From NCBI GenBank assembly GCA_041648915.1, contig JBAZOC010000003.1, positions 1 to 56,564 on the forward strand: a stretch of DNA of 56,564 nt, in the 5' to 3' direction. Made by a program: the position numbers and the translations under genes. The notes beneath the pieces were generated by a model that was not told where the DNA came from, did no database searches, and was given only the letters and a program-made list of their open reading frames with translations. Shown one piece after another: positions 17,563 through 27,736 of the stretch (position 1 is its first letter; every line of letters begins with the position of its first letter). This stretch comes from Candidatus Omnitrophota bacterium (GTDB taxonomy: Bacteria; Omnitrophota; Gorgyraeia; Gygaellales; Profunditerraquicolaceae).

Positions 17563-18657
17563 CTAAAAACTCCAATCTTCCTTTTCAGACAAACACCCCC
17601 CCTGGCAAATATCGTTTAAATAATCTGGACAATTTACGCATTCCTGTGTTAAGGGTATTTTCCGTAATCTTAGATAATGACCCTTGTAATAATCGCTTAA
17701 GTCCTTGATTTCCTTAAAAGAAGTTATGGCCGGCCCCTTTATGGGGACTCCGTAACAGCCCATTATAGACAAATCCGGATTAACCACTAACCTCGCTGCA
17801 TAATCTCCATTTTTACCTATATAACATTTAAATTTAATAGCGTTTTTTTTGTATTTTTTAATCTCTTCCTGATTGAAAATACATTTTGGCACCGGCCTGG
17901 CAAAAAACGCAGATACCCTCTCCTTATCGCAGAAGTCTAAAAATTCAATAATCTTATCTTTTGGATACATCTCCCTGAAGTTTTCATTTTTCTTTGCTCC
18001 TTTTTGGCAGCTCACTGGGCTGTTAATTGCCGAAAATCTAATCCGCGCGTTAATTTCTTTAGCGATTTTTACTATATTATCGAAATCATAATTGTCTTTA
18101 TACATATTGTAGCGTAATATAACATTGCATTTAGCATTATATAACCTTCTAATATTATCATAGGCTAAAGCGTAACTACGGCCTCTGTAGGTAGCCGGAT
18201 TATTTATATTGGCCTGAACGACTAAATACCTCTTATAATTAACCATAGCTTGGATGTTTTTTTCATTACATAGCACATTTGTAAGTATGGCAATGCGCAT
18301 TTTGTTATCCTCAGATATCCTAAGTATATCCCTGAAGTCAGGATGTAGCGTCGGCTCTCCGCCTAATAAAATAATTTTATCTTTTTTGTTTTTACGCAGC
18401 CACTTTAATATTTTCTCAAAATTATCCAGTGAGATATCCCCGTAATTTAATTCCGCTCCTTTTTCATAACAATACTCGCACCCTAAATTGCATTTATGAG
18501 TCAAAATGATATTTATGCCGTTAAAAAACATATGTCTCCTGGAACAAAAATCATTGATGGCCCTCGTTAACGGTGGATATCTTCTAGTTATAGACGAATG
18601 AATATAAACCCCGACCTTCCTTAGTTTTAAAGGTATTATATCTTTTAAAATAACCAT
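17563..18657 (-). CDS. Radical SAM enzyme, paralog family 1
   Basis: LTHKCNLGCEYCYE; LGGEPTLHP; ARPVPKCIF; VVNPDLSIMGCY; CVNC...CQGGC. The start is moved to the ATG at 18657 (GAGGA 8 nt upstream). The ORF-track start at 18696 is a TTG lying inside the upstream gene. Confidence 0.8.
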   Translation of the reverse strand: MVILKDIIPLKLRKVGVYIHSSITRRYPPLTRAINDFCSRRHMFFNGINIILTHKCNLGCEYCYEKGAELNYGDISLDNFEKILKWLRKNKKDKIILLGGEPTLHPDFRDILRISEDNKMRIAILTNVLCNEKNIQAMVNYKRYLVVQANINNPATYRGRSYALAYDNIRRLYNAKCNVILRYNMYKDNYDFDNIVKIAKEINARIRFSAINSPVSCQKGAKKNENFREMYPKDKIIEFLDFCDKERVSAFFARPVPKCIFNQEEIKKYKKNAIKFKCYIGKNGDYAARLVVNPDLSIMGCYGVPIKGPAITSFKEIKDLSDYYKGHYLRLRKIPLTQECVNCPDYLNDICQGGCLSEKEDWSF

Positions 18658-18667
18658 CGCTTTTTCC

Positions 18668-20338
18668 TCATCTGTTACTTTTAAAATAAAGCTCAACCAG
18701 AATTCCGTCTTTTGCGATAAACGTTTGTTTTTTAAAACACTTAGCGAGGACAGATCTTACCAGAATAGAATTATAAGAGAGATTAGCCTGTTTATCCCAA
18801 ATGGATGAAATCAACCAAATACGCTGTGCTTCAATTTTTCCTAATGGATATTTTTTAATCAACCTGTTATTAGCCCTCTGAAATAATGCATTGCCATCTT
18901 GCGCAGAATACCTGTCGGTAAGCCTCATAAAATGTAGCTCCCTTTTATCATCTTCGGGAAGGACGTTTATCAACTCATCCATCCGCAGGTATTTTTTTTC
19001 TAACTCAGTTAGAGCAAAAGGATAAAAAAGAAAATATCCCATACGGGGATTATTATTGCTAAAATAGATAGAATTATGTGCGTTAAAGTAATAAATACTG
19101 ACGATAGCAAACGATTGGACATCCGTAGTAGCAATGAGGTCATTATCTTTAATCTTGCCGTCTAAATCCGCTAATAAATTCCCGTACGTTTTTTTCTGAT
19201 GTATCCCTATGTAGAATTCCTTTCCGCTTTTTGAAGGAAGCATAAAACCCCTATAATAATTAAAAAGCGTAAATACCAATACCCCTACCACCCCCGCTCC
19301 TATTAGGGCCTGGATACTTTTATTTTTGATACTTCCTACCCCTTTAGCAATTAAAAGATAGTAGAAAGGAGTAAATATGAGAAACTGCCTGGTAATATAA
19401 ATAGGCGTTTGCCAGATAGAAAAAAGATATGTAGTAGTAATGGGGAGGGTAACAAATAAAAAAAGCATAACGGCATATTCTCTGTTTATTTTATAAAAAG
19501 AATAAGTCCCGTATATAAATAATGTAAAAAATAAAACTAAGCCCGCGATGAACTCAATATACCCTGCAGAATATCCAAGGTTAAAAACAGCCAATGTAAT
19601 AAAAGTATCTTTTAAACTTGGTTTGAATAACCAAAAACCATCCTTTATGAAGTTATAATGATGGATAAACAGTAACGCCAGCGGTAAAAGCAATATTGAA
19701 ACAGCTAAGATGGACAAAAACCATCTCTTTAGGTTATGGTAGTTATTTTTTGAAAAAACCAGTAAGCCTGAGATAACGACCAAAAAAATAGAATAATAAC
19801 TAAGATATATGGCAAGGGTACTGGATATTGCGAATAAAAACCAATGCAACAGCTTGCCTATGCGCAAGGCCTGTATATAAAAATACGCTGCTAAAAGTAT
19901 AAAAAATAAAGCCACAGTATACGCCCTTGCCTCCTGGGCATACCAGATATGGAACGGGCTAAGGGCCATAAGCAAGATAGCCCATAAGCTTTCTGAGCGC
20001 TTAAGGAATATCCGGGATAACTTATAAAATACGGCCAGCGAAAGAACGCTGAAAATAAGCGAGATCACTCTTAAAGATTTCCCTCCCCCAAAAATAGAAC
20101 TATAACCATATACTAAAAAATAATATAAAGATGAATGGCAATCACGAGAAATACGATACATATAAATCGGGAGAGAATTAGATTCTGCTATCTTCATTAC
20201 TTTTTGTACTGAATACATATCCGATGACAATTCATCGAACCAGAGATCATATTTGTTAATGCCCTGGATCCTTAAAGCTATCCCAAGCACAAAAATTGCA
20301 AAAATAAATCCGGCGCCAATACTTTTATGCATTATCAT
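18668..20338 (-). CDS. GT-C fold membrane glycosyltransferase (ArnT/PMT, GT39/GT83-like)
   Basis: 556 aa, more than 10 hydrophobic segments. First-loop acidic motif YDLWFDELSS; ALSPFHIWYAQEARAY matches the paralogs at 33244 and 41208. Soluble C-terminal domain. Confidence 0.7.
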   Translation of the reverse strand: MIMHKSIGAGFIFAIFVLGIALRIQGINKYDLWFDELSSDMYSVQKVMKIAESNSLPIYMYRISRDCHSSLYYFLVYGYSSIFGGGKSLRVISLIFSVLSLAVFYKLSRIFLKRSESLWAILLMALSPFHIWYAQEARAYTVALFFILLAAYFYIQALRIGKLLHWFLFAISSTLAIYLSYYSIFLVVISGLLVFSKNNYHNLKRWFLSILAVSILLLPLALLFIHHYNFIKDGFWLFKPSLKDTFITLAVFNLGYSAGYIEFIAGLVLFFTLFIYGTYSFYKINREYAVMLFLFVTLPITTTYLFSIWQTPIYITRQFLIFTPFYYLLIAKGVGSIKNKSIQALIGAGVVGVLVFTLFNYYRGFMLPSKSGKEFYIGIHQKKTYGNLLADLDGKIKDNDLIATTDVQSFAIVSIYYFNAHNSIYFSNNNPRMGYFLFYPFALTELEKKYLRMDELINVLPEDDKRELHFMRLTDRYSAQDGNALFQRANNRLIKKYPLGKIEAQRIWLISSIWDKQANLSYNSILVRSVLAKCFKKQTFIAKDGILVELYFKSNR

Positions 20339-20514
20339 AATTTTAAATTTTTACATTCCGAGCGTACACGTGGGAGAGGCAAATACAAAAGGCCATTTAT
20401 TAATCTTCCCATAAACGTGTTTTTTAAAGATGGCTATGGTCGCTCACTCTGCACGCTTGCTGCTCAAACTTTTAACGTTTAGCAATACCTCAAGTATGCT
20501 AATTTACCCGCTAT

Positions 20515-22065
20515 CTATTTTTTAAGGATAACAAATAACAGGCTGGTAAAAAAAAGGATAAAAATTATCTTAAAATAGATCCTGCGGGTTATAAAAAGAT
20601 TATAGAGAAATATCGTAATATCCCTCTCTTTCATCCAGAAATAAGCATACCCTAAAATATAATTCTTATGTAGGGCAGTAGTGACCAAATATGTTATTAA
20701 CCCCTGCTTTTTACTTACTAAAAATGATGCCTGCGGGAAAAAACAAAATTTACCTTTTGCGTTAAGTTTAAATTTCATGCCTTCCTTGTTCCCGTAACCT
20801 AGCCGTTCTAAGCGTTCGAATTTTTTCTTATAATATAGCTGCTCTTTCCTCTTTAAAACTTCGTCTAAATTAATTTCGCCTGAAGAGATAAGGTTTTGGC
20901 ATAGTTGGTTTGCCATATTTTCGTCATAGTTTTTCATCCCTACCCAGATGGGCAGCCGATCTTTACTTAAGGCTTTCATATATAAAGCCAGGTTATACCA
21001 ATTATAGTATTCTGTCCCGTTCCAACGTGACCAGGTGCGCGGCCCAAAGGCAATAACATCCAGCCTTCTATTTAAACATAAACCAGTGCGGTTAACTAAA
21101 TCATTCTTTATATATTGTGAATAATCAATCGTGGCATACTCTTTGCTTAAGATGACTTCGGCTAAACACCGTATTAATAATGAATCTTTGTATGTAGGGA
21201 AAAGATTAATATGCTTATGGTATAGTTTATAGACTGGCAGGCGGTTTACTATTAATGAATTCAAAGAAATTGAGGTCGGCAATAACCTTAAAGTTTCTTC
21301 TAAATCACTCTCCCAGTTAATTAATGTCTGGCCTGGAGAATTGAATAAAAGATCTATGTTTATATTTTGAAAATTAAATGAGCGTAATATACCCATAGTC
21401 TCAAGAATGTGGCTTTTTAAATCCGCTCTCCCTATTAATTTCAGAATTCCTTTATCAAAGGTCTGAACACCTAAACTGATAGAATTAACGCCGTTCTGCC
21501 TTAACATTAGAAAAGTATCTTTTGCTTTAGCAGAAGTTTCTGGTTCGATCTCAATAAGGACCTGGACATCCTTGCTTAAAATAAATTCATCTTTAATTAA
21601 TCTCAGTAAATCTTCAAATTGATCCCTTTTTAAAATAGAAGGGCTTCCTCCCCCTATATATACCCTTTTTACCAGCAGTCGCTTAAAATCTACTGTATCC
21701 TGCAGCAGAGATATCTCTTTTTTTAAAAAATATAAATAAGTACTTAACTCCTCAGGGTTATGGTATTGACAAGTATAAAAAAGGCAATAAGAGCATCTTT
21801 TTAAACAAAACGGTATATGAAAATACAAACTAACTTCTTTAATATTGCCGTTCAAACCCTCTTTACTGTCTATAAAAATGTCCTCCGGTTTTATCAAGCC
21901 AAAGTTATAAAAAGAGTGGACTATGCAAGAATACAGAGGGCTAAAGGGAAGTAAATATTTTATCCTTCTCTTATAAAGAAGAGGATCATTTAAATCAAAG
22001 CCTAATTCAAGAAGCTTGTTGTTAGCCTCAGTAATATTATGGCTTAGGGTTTTAGGCATAATCAT
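20515..22065 (-). CDS. HemN-like (class C type) radical SAM enzyme with hydrophobic C-terminal tail
   Basis: 516 aa. YFHIPFCLKRCSYCLF (HemN/HemW signature); YIGGGSPS. C-terminal IFLYNLF...KIIFILFFTSLLFVILKK. Confidence 0.8.
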   Translation of the reverse strand: MIMPKTLSHNITEANNKLLELGFDLNDPLLYKRRIKYLLPFSPLYSCIVHSFYNFGLIKPEDIFIDSKEGLNGNIKEVSLYFHIPFCLKRCSYCLFYTCQYHNPEELSTYLYFLKKEISLLQDTVDFKRLLVKRVYIGGGSPSILKRDQFEDLLRLIKDEFILSKDVQVLIEIEPETSAKAKDTFLMLRQNGVNSISLGVQTFDKGILKLIGRADLKSHILETMGILRSFNFQNINIDLLFNSPGQTLINWESDLEETLRLLPTSISLNSLIVNRLPVYKLYHKHINLFPTYKDSLLIRCLAEVILSKEYATIDYSQYIKNDLVNRTGLCLNRRLDVIAFGPRTWSRWNGTEYYNWYNLALYMKALSKDRLPIWVGMKNYDENMANQLCQNLISSGEINLDEVLKRKEQLYYKKKFERLERLGYGNKEGMKFKLNAKGKFCFFPQASFLVSKKQGLITYLVTTALHKNYILGYAYFWMKERDITIFLYNLFITRRIYFKIIFILFFTSLLFVILKK

Positions 22066-22131
22066 TACACTTTATATATTGTCCTTTAAAATTCCGTTTG
22101 ATCCTTGAGCCGGCATTACAATAGAAGCGAT

Positions 22132-22596
22132 TCATATAAATTGCTTCTTTACTTTTGGCCGGGTAAAATAATATATTAGGCAGAGAGTAAAACCGATATC
22201 CATAAGAGAACAGATTATAGCGCTAAACCAAGACAGCATATCAATTTTGGGCAGCACATCAATGGGAAGTACGCCTTGATTGATCTTCCATAGCAGGACT
22301 CTTTTGAAACAAATAACCGGGTGCTTCCAATAAACGGTAGCAATGGTAAAAAAACTAATGCCCAGGATGGCTTTCCGAAAGATATCCCTGCGGAATAAGA
22401 TGCCTATTCCTGAAATGATTAAAACTATTCTTAGGGCTATAGAAAGAATATAGCGGGCCAGGATTATTTTTTCCGAAGAAGGGTAAAATTTTGCGTAATA
22501 GGTATTAAAATTGACGGTGGGCAGGCCGTGTAAGGAATATACAATAATTAAAATACTAAAAATTATTAAGCCTTTGGGTATTTTTCCTCTAATCAT
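22132..22596 (-). CDS. Small integral membrane protein, unknown function
   Basis: 154 aa, 4-5 hydrophobic segments, no recognisable motif. Confidence 0.45.
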   Translation of the reverse strand: MIRGKIPKGLIIFSILIIVYSLHGLPTVNFNTYYAKFYPSSEKIILARYILSIALRIVLIISGIGILFRRDIFRKAILGISFFTIATVYWKHPVICFKRVLLWKINQGVLPIDVLPKIDMLSWFSAIICSLMDIGFTLCLIYYFTRPKVKKQFI

Positions 22597-22710
22597 AATG
22601 CCGGCTTCACGCGCTAGATTGTATTTTTCGCTACCTGCGTTAATTATATCACTGTCTATTGCAAATGCAATGCATAGCTCAACTTATAAGGAAAAATCTA
22701 CCCGAGAAGC

Positions 22711-23664
22711 TTAGACATGCCCTTCCGGGGAGCTTCTCTTTAAACGGGAGGACAAGTGAAAAGACGCAGCAAAAAATCTACTTAATAACTTAGGACGGGA
22801 GAATATAATCAGTACCCAGACTACAATTTCATAGAAAATAACCAAAGGAAGCCGGAATAAAAAATCTGTAAGTTTTTCGTTTTTGGCGATAGCCAGGTAT
22901 CTGTTTTTAACAAGCTCAAAATATAATTCGTCATTTAAATATAACCTGGCATATTTCTTACTAATCCCCATCCGCTCCATCCTAACAGTACCACCCCTTA
23001 AATGATAAGCGAGGGCTGAAGGTAGATAATAGCCTTTCCAGCCGCTATTATTAGCCCTCCAGGAAACATCCAGGTCTTCGTAAAAAAACCTGAAATCAGG
23101 ATCAAAGTAATCCTGGCCGGCCTTAATCTCCTCCAGCATGCTTCGCCGATAGAAAGCCACTGCTCCAGTAGCCCCAAAAATATATCCCGCTTTTTCAAAC
23201 TGCCCCCGGTTGATTTTTCCGTAACCCCTCTCCCCGGCTGTCAGCCAGAGAGTCAAAAACAGGCCTGCGCTATCAATCAACCTGCCTTCAAAACGCAGGA
23301 CTTTTCCGCTGACTATCCCGATCCTGTTATTTAAATTAAATCCCTCTAAGCCATTTTGGATAAAATCCTTACTTAAAATTACATCATCATTAAGGCAGAG
23401 GACGTGCTCACCCTTACTCTTTTCTATGCCTAGATTAAGAGCTTCGCCGTAAGATAATTCTTCCGGCCCTGGATATATCCTAACAAAAGGAAATTCACGG
23501 AGAATCCGGGATTGTAACGCCAGGCAAGAAGAATTATCGATCACGATAGTTTCTACCGAAGGATAGCTCTGTTTTTTTACCGAATCCAGGCAGGATAAAA
23601 CATAATCTTTTGCCCCGGCGGTCACTATAATAATACTCACTAAACTATTTGATATATCCGCCAT
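22711..23664 (-). CDS. Family 2 glycosyltransferase (GT-A)
   Basis: 317 aa. VSIIIVTAGAKDY, VIDNSS, LNDDVIL (DXD). C-terminal membrane-associated helix. Confidence 0.85.
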   Translation of the reverse strand: MADISNSLVSIIIVTAGAKDYVLSCLDSVKKQSYPSVETIVIDNSSCLALQSRILREFPFVRIYPGPEELSYGEALNLGIEKSKGEHVLCLNDDVILSKDFIQNGLEGFNLNNRIGIVSGKVLRFEGRLIDSAGLFLTLWLTAGERGYGKINRGQFEKAGYIFGATGAVAFYRRSMLEEIKAGQDYFDPDFRFFYEDLDVSWRANNSGWKGYYLPSALAYHLRGGTVRMERMGISKKYARLYLNDELYFELVKNRYLAIAKNEKLTDFLFRLPLVIFYEIVVWVLIIFSRPKLLSRFFAASFHLSSRLKRSSPEGHV

Positions 23665-23694
23665 TAGTCATCCTCTACTGCGCTTAAAACCCCG

Positions 23695-25719
23695 TCACTT
23701 AAGCCTCTTACTTCTTATATTACCCGAAGGCTTCTCGATTAAAAAAAGCGGAATCTCTAAGATATTATCAACGCTCATATTCAATATGACTTTTTTATTA
23801 TCCCTACCGGTATAATAATCGACGACAACGTCAGCATTTAATTTCAGGTCGAATACAGATAGAATGTTTTCATAAGAAGTCGTTCCTTTGCCGATATAAA
23901 ACGTCTCTTCTCTATATTGGCCGGAAGTATCCCTGTGCCTTATTACTAACCATGATCGCGAAGGCCCAATGGCAATAATCTTTCCGCTTAACAAGTTAGT
24001 AACCGGCTTACACACTGCGGCGGGCGTATTCACCGGCTTAAGCTTCCGCTTAGACATCAAAAACACAGGCATACAGCTGCCTCCGATAAAATTTTTCCGG
24101 AGCACCGTATATTCTTTAAATCTTTGCATTAACCTCTCTACTTCTCCCGGGTCATATTTACTCTGCCGGCTTTCAGGTAATTTAAAATATTTTAGGCCGC
24201 TAAATTCAGGGCTGCCGCAGGAAGAACATTCCTTAAAAGCGATAATATATTCAAAATTATCGGCCTGGGATAAAAATTGAGCATCCAGAAAGAAAGGCCA
24301 GTTTCCTGCGCAACTTAAATAAATCTTAGCTTCCGGCAAGTGTAATTTTAAAAAGTAGGCAAGGCATTTTACGAAATCGCCCTTAAAATAGCGCTCTTCA
24401 ATAATCCCAATTCGTATTATGCCGGCGTAATGTTCATTGCCTTTAATCTTATTGACAAAATCAAGGGCAACAATTGCATACCTGTTTTCTGCCGGAGGAT
24501 GCGCCCATTGGCTGCCCGCCATAAATTTAGCGACTTTTACCGGAATAAAATCCTGCCAGATTGTACCGCTCCTAAAGCCGTAATAAGACAAGACTAAATA
24601 ATTAAACAAAGATACGGTGAATAGCATAACCCATAATACCCTTCTTGTTTTTCTGCCATAGCTATTGACGCCGATAGCTATAATCAGCGCGACTGCCGGA
24701 AAAACCGGGAAAAAATAGGATTCATCCTTAAGGGATAAAAAAGTAAAAAGCACATACGGAACAGCTACCCAGAGGAATAAAATGGTAAATCCGTTCTTCC
24801 GTCTAGATTTTACCGTCAGAATGAGAGAGACAATAAAGAGAATAGTTAAAGGCAAAGAGAAGCTATCCTTAATCACCCCGAGATAAAATAAAAACCATCC
24901 TAAGCTCAAAAATTTTGCTTCCGATACAGACGGGACAATCATATGGTTATGGAAAAAATTTATAAAATGGCTGATTAATAACAGATGCTGCCGGTAAAAA
25001 AATACGGTAATTAGATAGACTATTGCCACGATAAACAGCAGATTAATGAACTTCCTTATTCTAAATTGTGGCCGGGCAATAAAGGCGGCATATAGGGTAT
25101 AAAAAAACGGGCCAAGAATGAACAGCGCCCCTTGAGCTTTCAGAGCTACGCTGATCCCCGCTACTAACCCGAAAATAAACGAATATTTACGGGATATTAA
25201 ATTGCTGGTTAAAAGAAGAAACAAGATGGCTAGCGAGACCATGGCCGTAAGCGCAAGGTCTAGCCCGTACATCCTTGAACTTCCGAATATCCCGCAAGCG
25301 CAAGAAACAAGAAAAGCTGCTTGAAGTCCGGTCAGATCATCTTGAAGCTTTCTGCCGATAAAAAATACGGAAATAATCAGAATGAATAAATATAGAATTC
25401 CGGATAATAACCGGGTAGCTAACACCGAGTTCCCGGCCAGCAGGTTTATTGCCAGCCCGATAGAATAAAATAAGGGCGAAAAATATAAAGAGGTTTGCTG
25501 GCTGATTAAAGCGCCTATATCAAGAAGCTTTCCGGATAGGCTCACTCCAGAATCCAACACCTGTCTTGCCCCATAAAAAATATTCAACTGGCTGCTCAAA
25601 TGCGTCATCACGTCTTTATGAAAACTGAACGCATCGCATCTTAACCAAATGTAATTATTTATAAGATGGAACAACAATAAAATAAATAAACAAATAACGG
25701 CGCTTTTTTTAATCCGCAT
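23695..25719 (-). CDS. GT-C-like polytopic membrane glycosyltransferase with C-terminal soluble domain
   Basis: 674 aa, many TM segments. The segment RLLSGILYLFILIISVFFIGRKL...AAFLV resembles the ArnT/PMT_2 core. The start abuts the upstream stop with 0-nt spacing. Confidence 0.55.
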   Translation of the reverse strand: MRIKKSAVICLFILLLFHLINNYIWLRCDAFSFHKDVMTHLSSQLNIFYGARQVLDSGVSLSGKLLDIGALISQQTSLYFSPLFYSIGLAINLLAGNSVLATRLLSGILYLFILIISVFFIGRKLQDDLTGLQAAFLVSCACGIFGSSRMYGLDLALTAMVSLAILFLLLTSNLISRKYSFIFGLVAGISVALKAQGALFILGPFFYTLYAAFIARPQFRIRKFINLLFIVAIVYLITVFFYRQHLLLISHFINFFHNHMIVPSVSEAKFLSLGWFLFYLGVIKDSFSLPLTILFIVSLILTVKSRRKNGFTILFLWVAVPYVLFTFLSLKDESYFFPVFPAVALIIAIGVNSYGRKTRRVLWVMLFTVSLFNYLVLSYYGFRSGTIWQDFIPVKVAKFMAGSQWAHPPAENRYAIVALDFVNKIKGNEHYAGIIRIGIIEERYFKGDFVKCLAYFLKLHLPEAKIYLSCAGNWPFFLDAQFLSQADNFEYIIAFKECSSCGSPEFSGLKYFKLPESRQSKYDPGEVERLMQRFKEYTVLRKNFIGGSCMPVFLMSKRKLKPVNTPAAVCKPVTNLLSGKIIAIGPSRSWLVIRHRDTSGQYREETFYIGKGTTSYENILSVFDLKLNADVVVDYYTGRDNKKVILNMSVDNILEIPLFLIEKPSGNIRSKRLK

Positions 25720-27735
25720 TTATCCGTCTCCCCGGTGATTACCGGCTTCTTTTTCCAATAAATAAAAATCTATCCCTAGTTGCTGAATCTCCTCATGGCC
25801 GATTATAGCAAATTTGTTAACGGTAAGTTGCTTATAAAGCCACCCCCATCTGACATCGTCAACTAACGGCTTGTTTAAAACGCCTGTCTCCAGCCAGGTT
25901 CTAAATTCCGGATAAGTAATGGTTAAATCTTGAATTAATCCCCCGATTCCCCTCTGGTTATAAATCCTTGAGTAGTAAGAAATTTTTCTGGCCAGCTCCT
26001 CATTACCCCTAGCCGCTTCTTGGATATCCAAAGATCCATTTTTTACAGCCTCCAGGAATAAAAGCCTCTCAAAGAATCCGAGCTGCCTTGCCCTTTTGTT
26101 ATAAACTTTTTGCTTAAGGTTGCGCAAATACTTGTTAAACTTTCCGCGGTCCATTAAATTCCTGCAGAATGCTTTATCGCTAACCAGGTACTCATCGCAT
26201 AAATCAAGATACATTTTTTTATCCGGGCTTTTCCTGCCTTCTTCCAAAAAAGATGCTACTTTAAAAAAATATTTTCGGTCAAACAACAGAATTATAAAGT
26301 TGCTTTTATCTAGATTATTGTATCCCAAATCCAGTACAATATCTTTAGCACACTGCTTTTCCATAAAATATTTGATGACCATCATCGGGTCGCTGTCTTT
26401 GTTGGATGTCTCGGAAATAAAAGTCACTACCACAGGCCTGGAATTGCGCTTTTCCATTAACGCTATAAATTTTTCGGAAGTCTCGCTGCATTTAGCATAA
26501 ATATAGTTTTGGAAATCAGCTGGTCTGTTTTTTATATTGGAAAAAGCGCAAAAGTTTAACAAATAGGAAAAAAAATGGCCAAAAGCAAACAGGCAGGCTA
26601 AAGCTATAGTAATTACTCTTAACTTTCTATTGGCTATCTCAAAAAGACCTGCCGAAATTACAATAGCAAATAAAGGAAGCAAGGGCATAAAATATCTTGC
26701 CTCCTTTAATCTTGAGAAATAAAGAATGCTTAAAGGCGCTAATAATGAAAAGATCAAAAGGTTGTTTTTCGGCCTTTTCTTCAGAAACAGGGTAAAGGTT
26801 ACTATGAAAAAAATGAATAGTTCGGGAGTGGAGACTTTGATAATCTGCGCTATAAATAGAAATAAGTTATACGAAATTTTGTTTAAAAAACCTGCCGGCT
26901 CATCAGGCAATAAATACGGAGTGCTCATCAAAGCTCTCACTCTATCAGTCAAATACAGCTGAAATTTCAAAAAGACCGTAGAGAAACTCCCTTGCCACCA
27001 TAACGAAGAAACCGCTATTCCTAAAAAGATTGCGGCTGCAGCATTTAAAATTGGCTTATATGATTTATTTCCGGAGATACGGTAATCCCGGCAGACATAA
27101 TAGAAGTAGAATAAAATAGGAGTGATTAAAAATATAAGAATTGAACCTTTTATTAATATCCCGATGCCCAAAAAAATGCCGAAGAAAATTGAACGCACCG
27201 AGCTTTTAAAATTGTCTGTACTGATTAATAGATAAAATGTATATATAAAAAAAGCGGTTAGCGGAAAATCTAATTCGTATGTCTTGGAAAGATGAAAAAT
27301 CTCCGGATAGAAAGCTGCCAAAGTTGCCGCTAAGACCCCTGCCTTCCTGCCATAAAATCTTTTAGTGATAAAATATGCCCCTAAAATCAGGATTAAATAA
27401 TATATTGAAGAAACGATAATGCGGGAATATTTTTCCCCGAATATCAAATCGCCTGCAGAGTCAATAAAATGGACCATTTTCGGCCTTTGGGAATCTGTCT
27501 TCAGCAAATTAACTATTCCTGCAAACTTATCGCGGAAGCCCCCGCCGCTGTTAAGGGCTCCTTTCATAGCGTGGTCCATATTTAGTTTTTCAATCTCCGT
27601 CCTAAGGGAACCTCCCCTGGGATGAGGCCATGGATACCGGTAGCTCAACCACGCCGCTGCATTGCTGGCGACTAGGAATAACCATAATGACGCCAATATA
27701 AGAAAAAATTTATTATTCAGTTTTTTACTTACCAT
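25720..27735 (-). CDS. GT-C-like polytopic membrane glycosyltransferase with C-terminal soluble domain
   Basis: 671 aa. ITKRFYGRKAGVLAATLAAFYPEIFHLS is an ArnT/PMT_2-like core. About 12 TM segments. Confidence 0.6.
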   Translation of the reverse strand: MVSKKLNNKFFLILASLWLFLVASNAAAWLSYRYPWPHPRGGSLRTEIEKLNMDHAMKGALNSGGGFRDKFAGIVNLLKTDSQRPKMVHFIDSAGDLIFGEKYSRIIVSSIYYLILILGAYFITKRFYGRKAGVLAATLAAFYPEIFHLSKTYELDFPLTAFFIYTFYLLISTDNFKSSVRSIFFGIFLGIGILIKGSILIFLITPILFYFYYVCRDYRISGNKSYKPILNAAAAIFLGIAVSSLWWQGSFSTVFLKFQLYLTDRVRALMSTPYLLPDEPAGFLNKISYNLFLFIAQIIKVSTPELFIFFIVTFTLFLKKRPKNNLLIFSLLAPLSILYFSRLKEARYFMPLLPLFAIVISAGLFEIANRKLRVITIALACLFAFGHFFSYLLNFCAFSNIKNRPADFQNYIYAKCSETSEKFIALMEKRNSRPVVVTFISETSNKDSDPMMVIKYFMEKQCAKDIVLDLGYNNLDKSNFIILLFDRKYFFKVASFLEEGRKSPDKKMYLDLCDEYLVSDKAFCRNLMDRGKFNKYLRNLKQKVYNKRARQLGFFERLLFLEAVKNGSLDIQEAARGNEELARKISYYSRIYNQRGIGGLIQDLTITYPEFRTWLETGVLNKPLVDDVRWGWLYKQLTVNKFAIIGHEEIQQLGIDFYLLEKEAGNHRGDG

Positions 27736-27736
27736 A

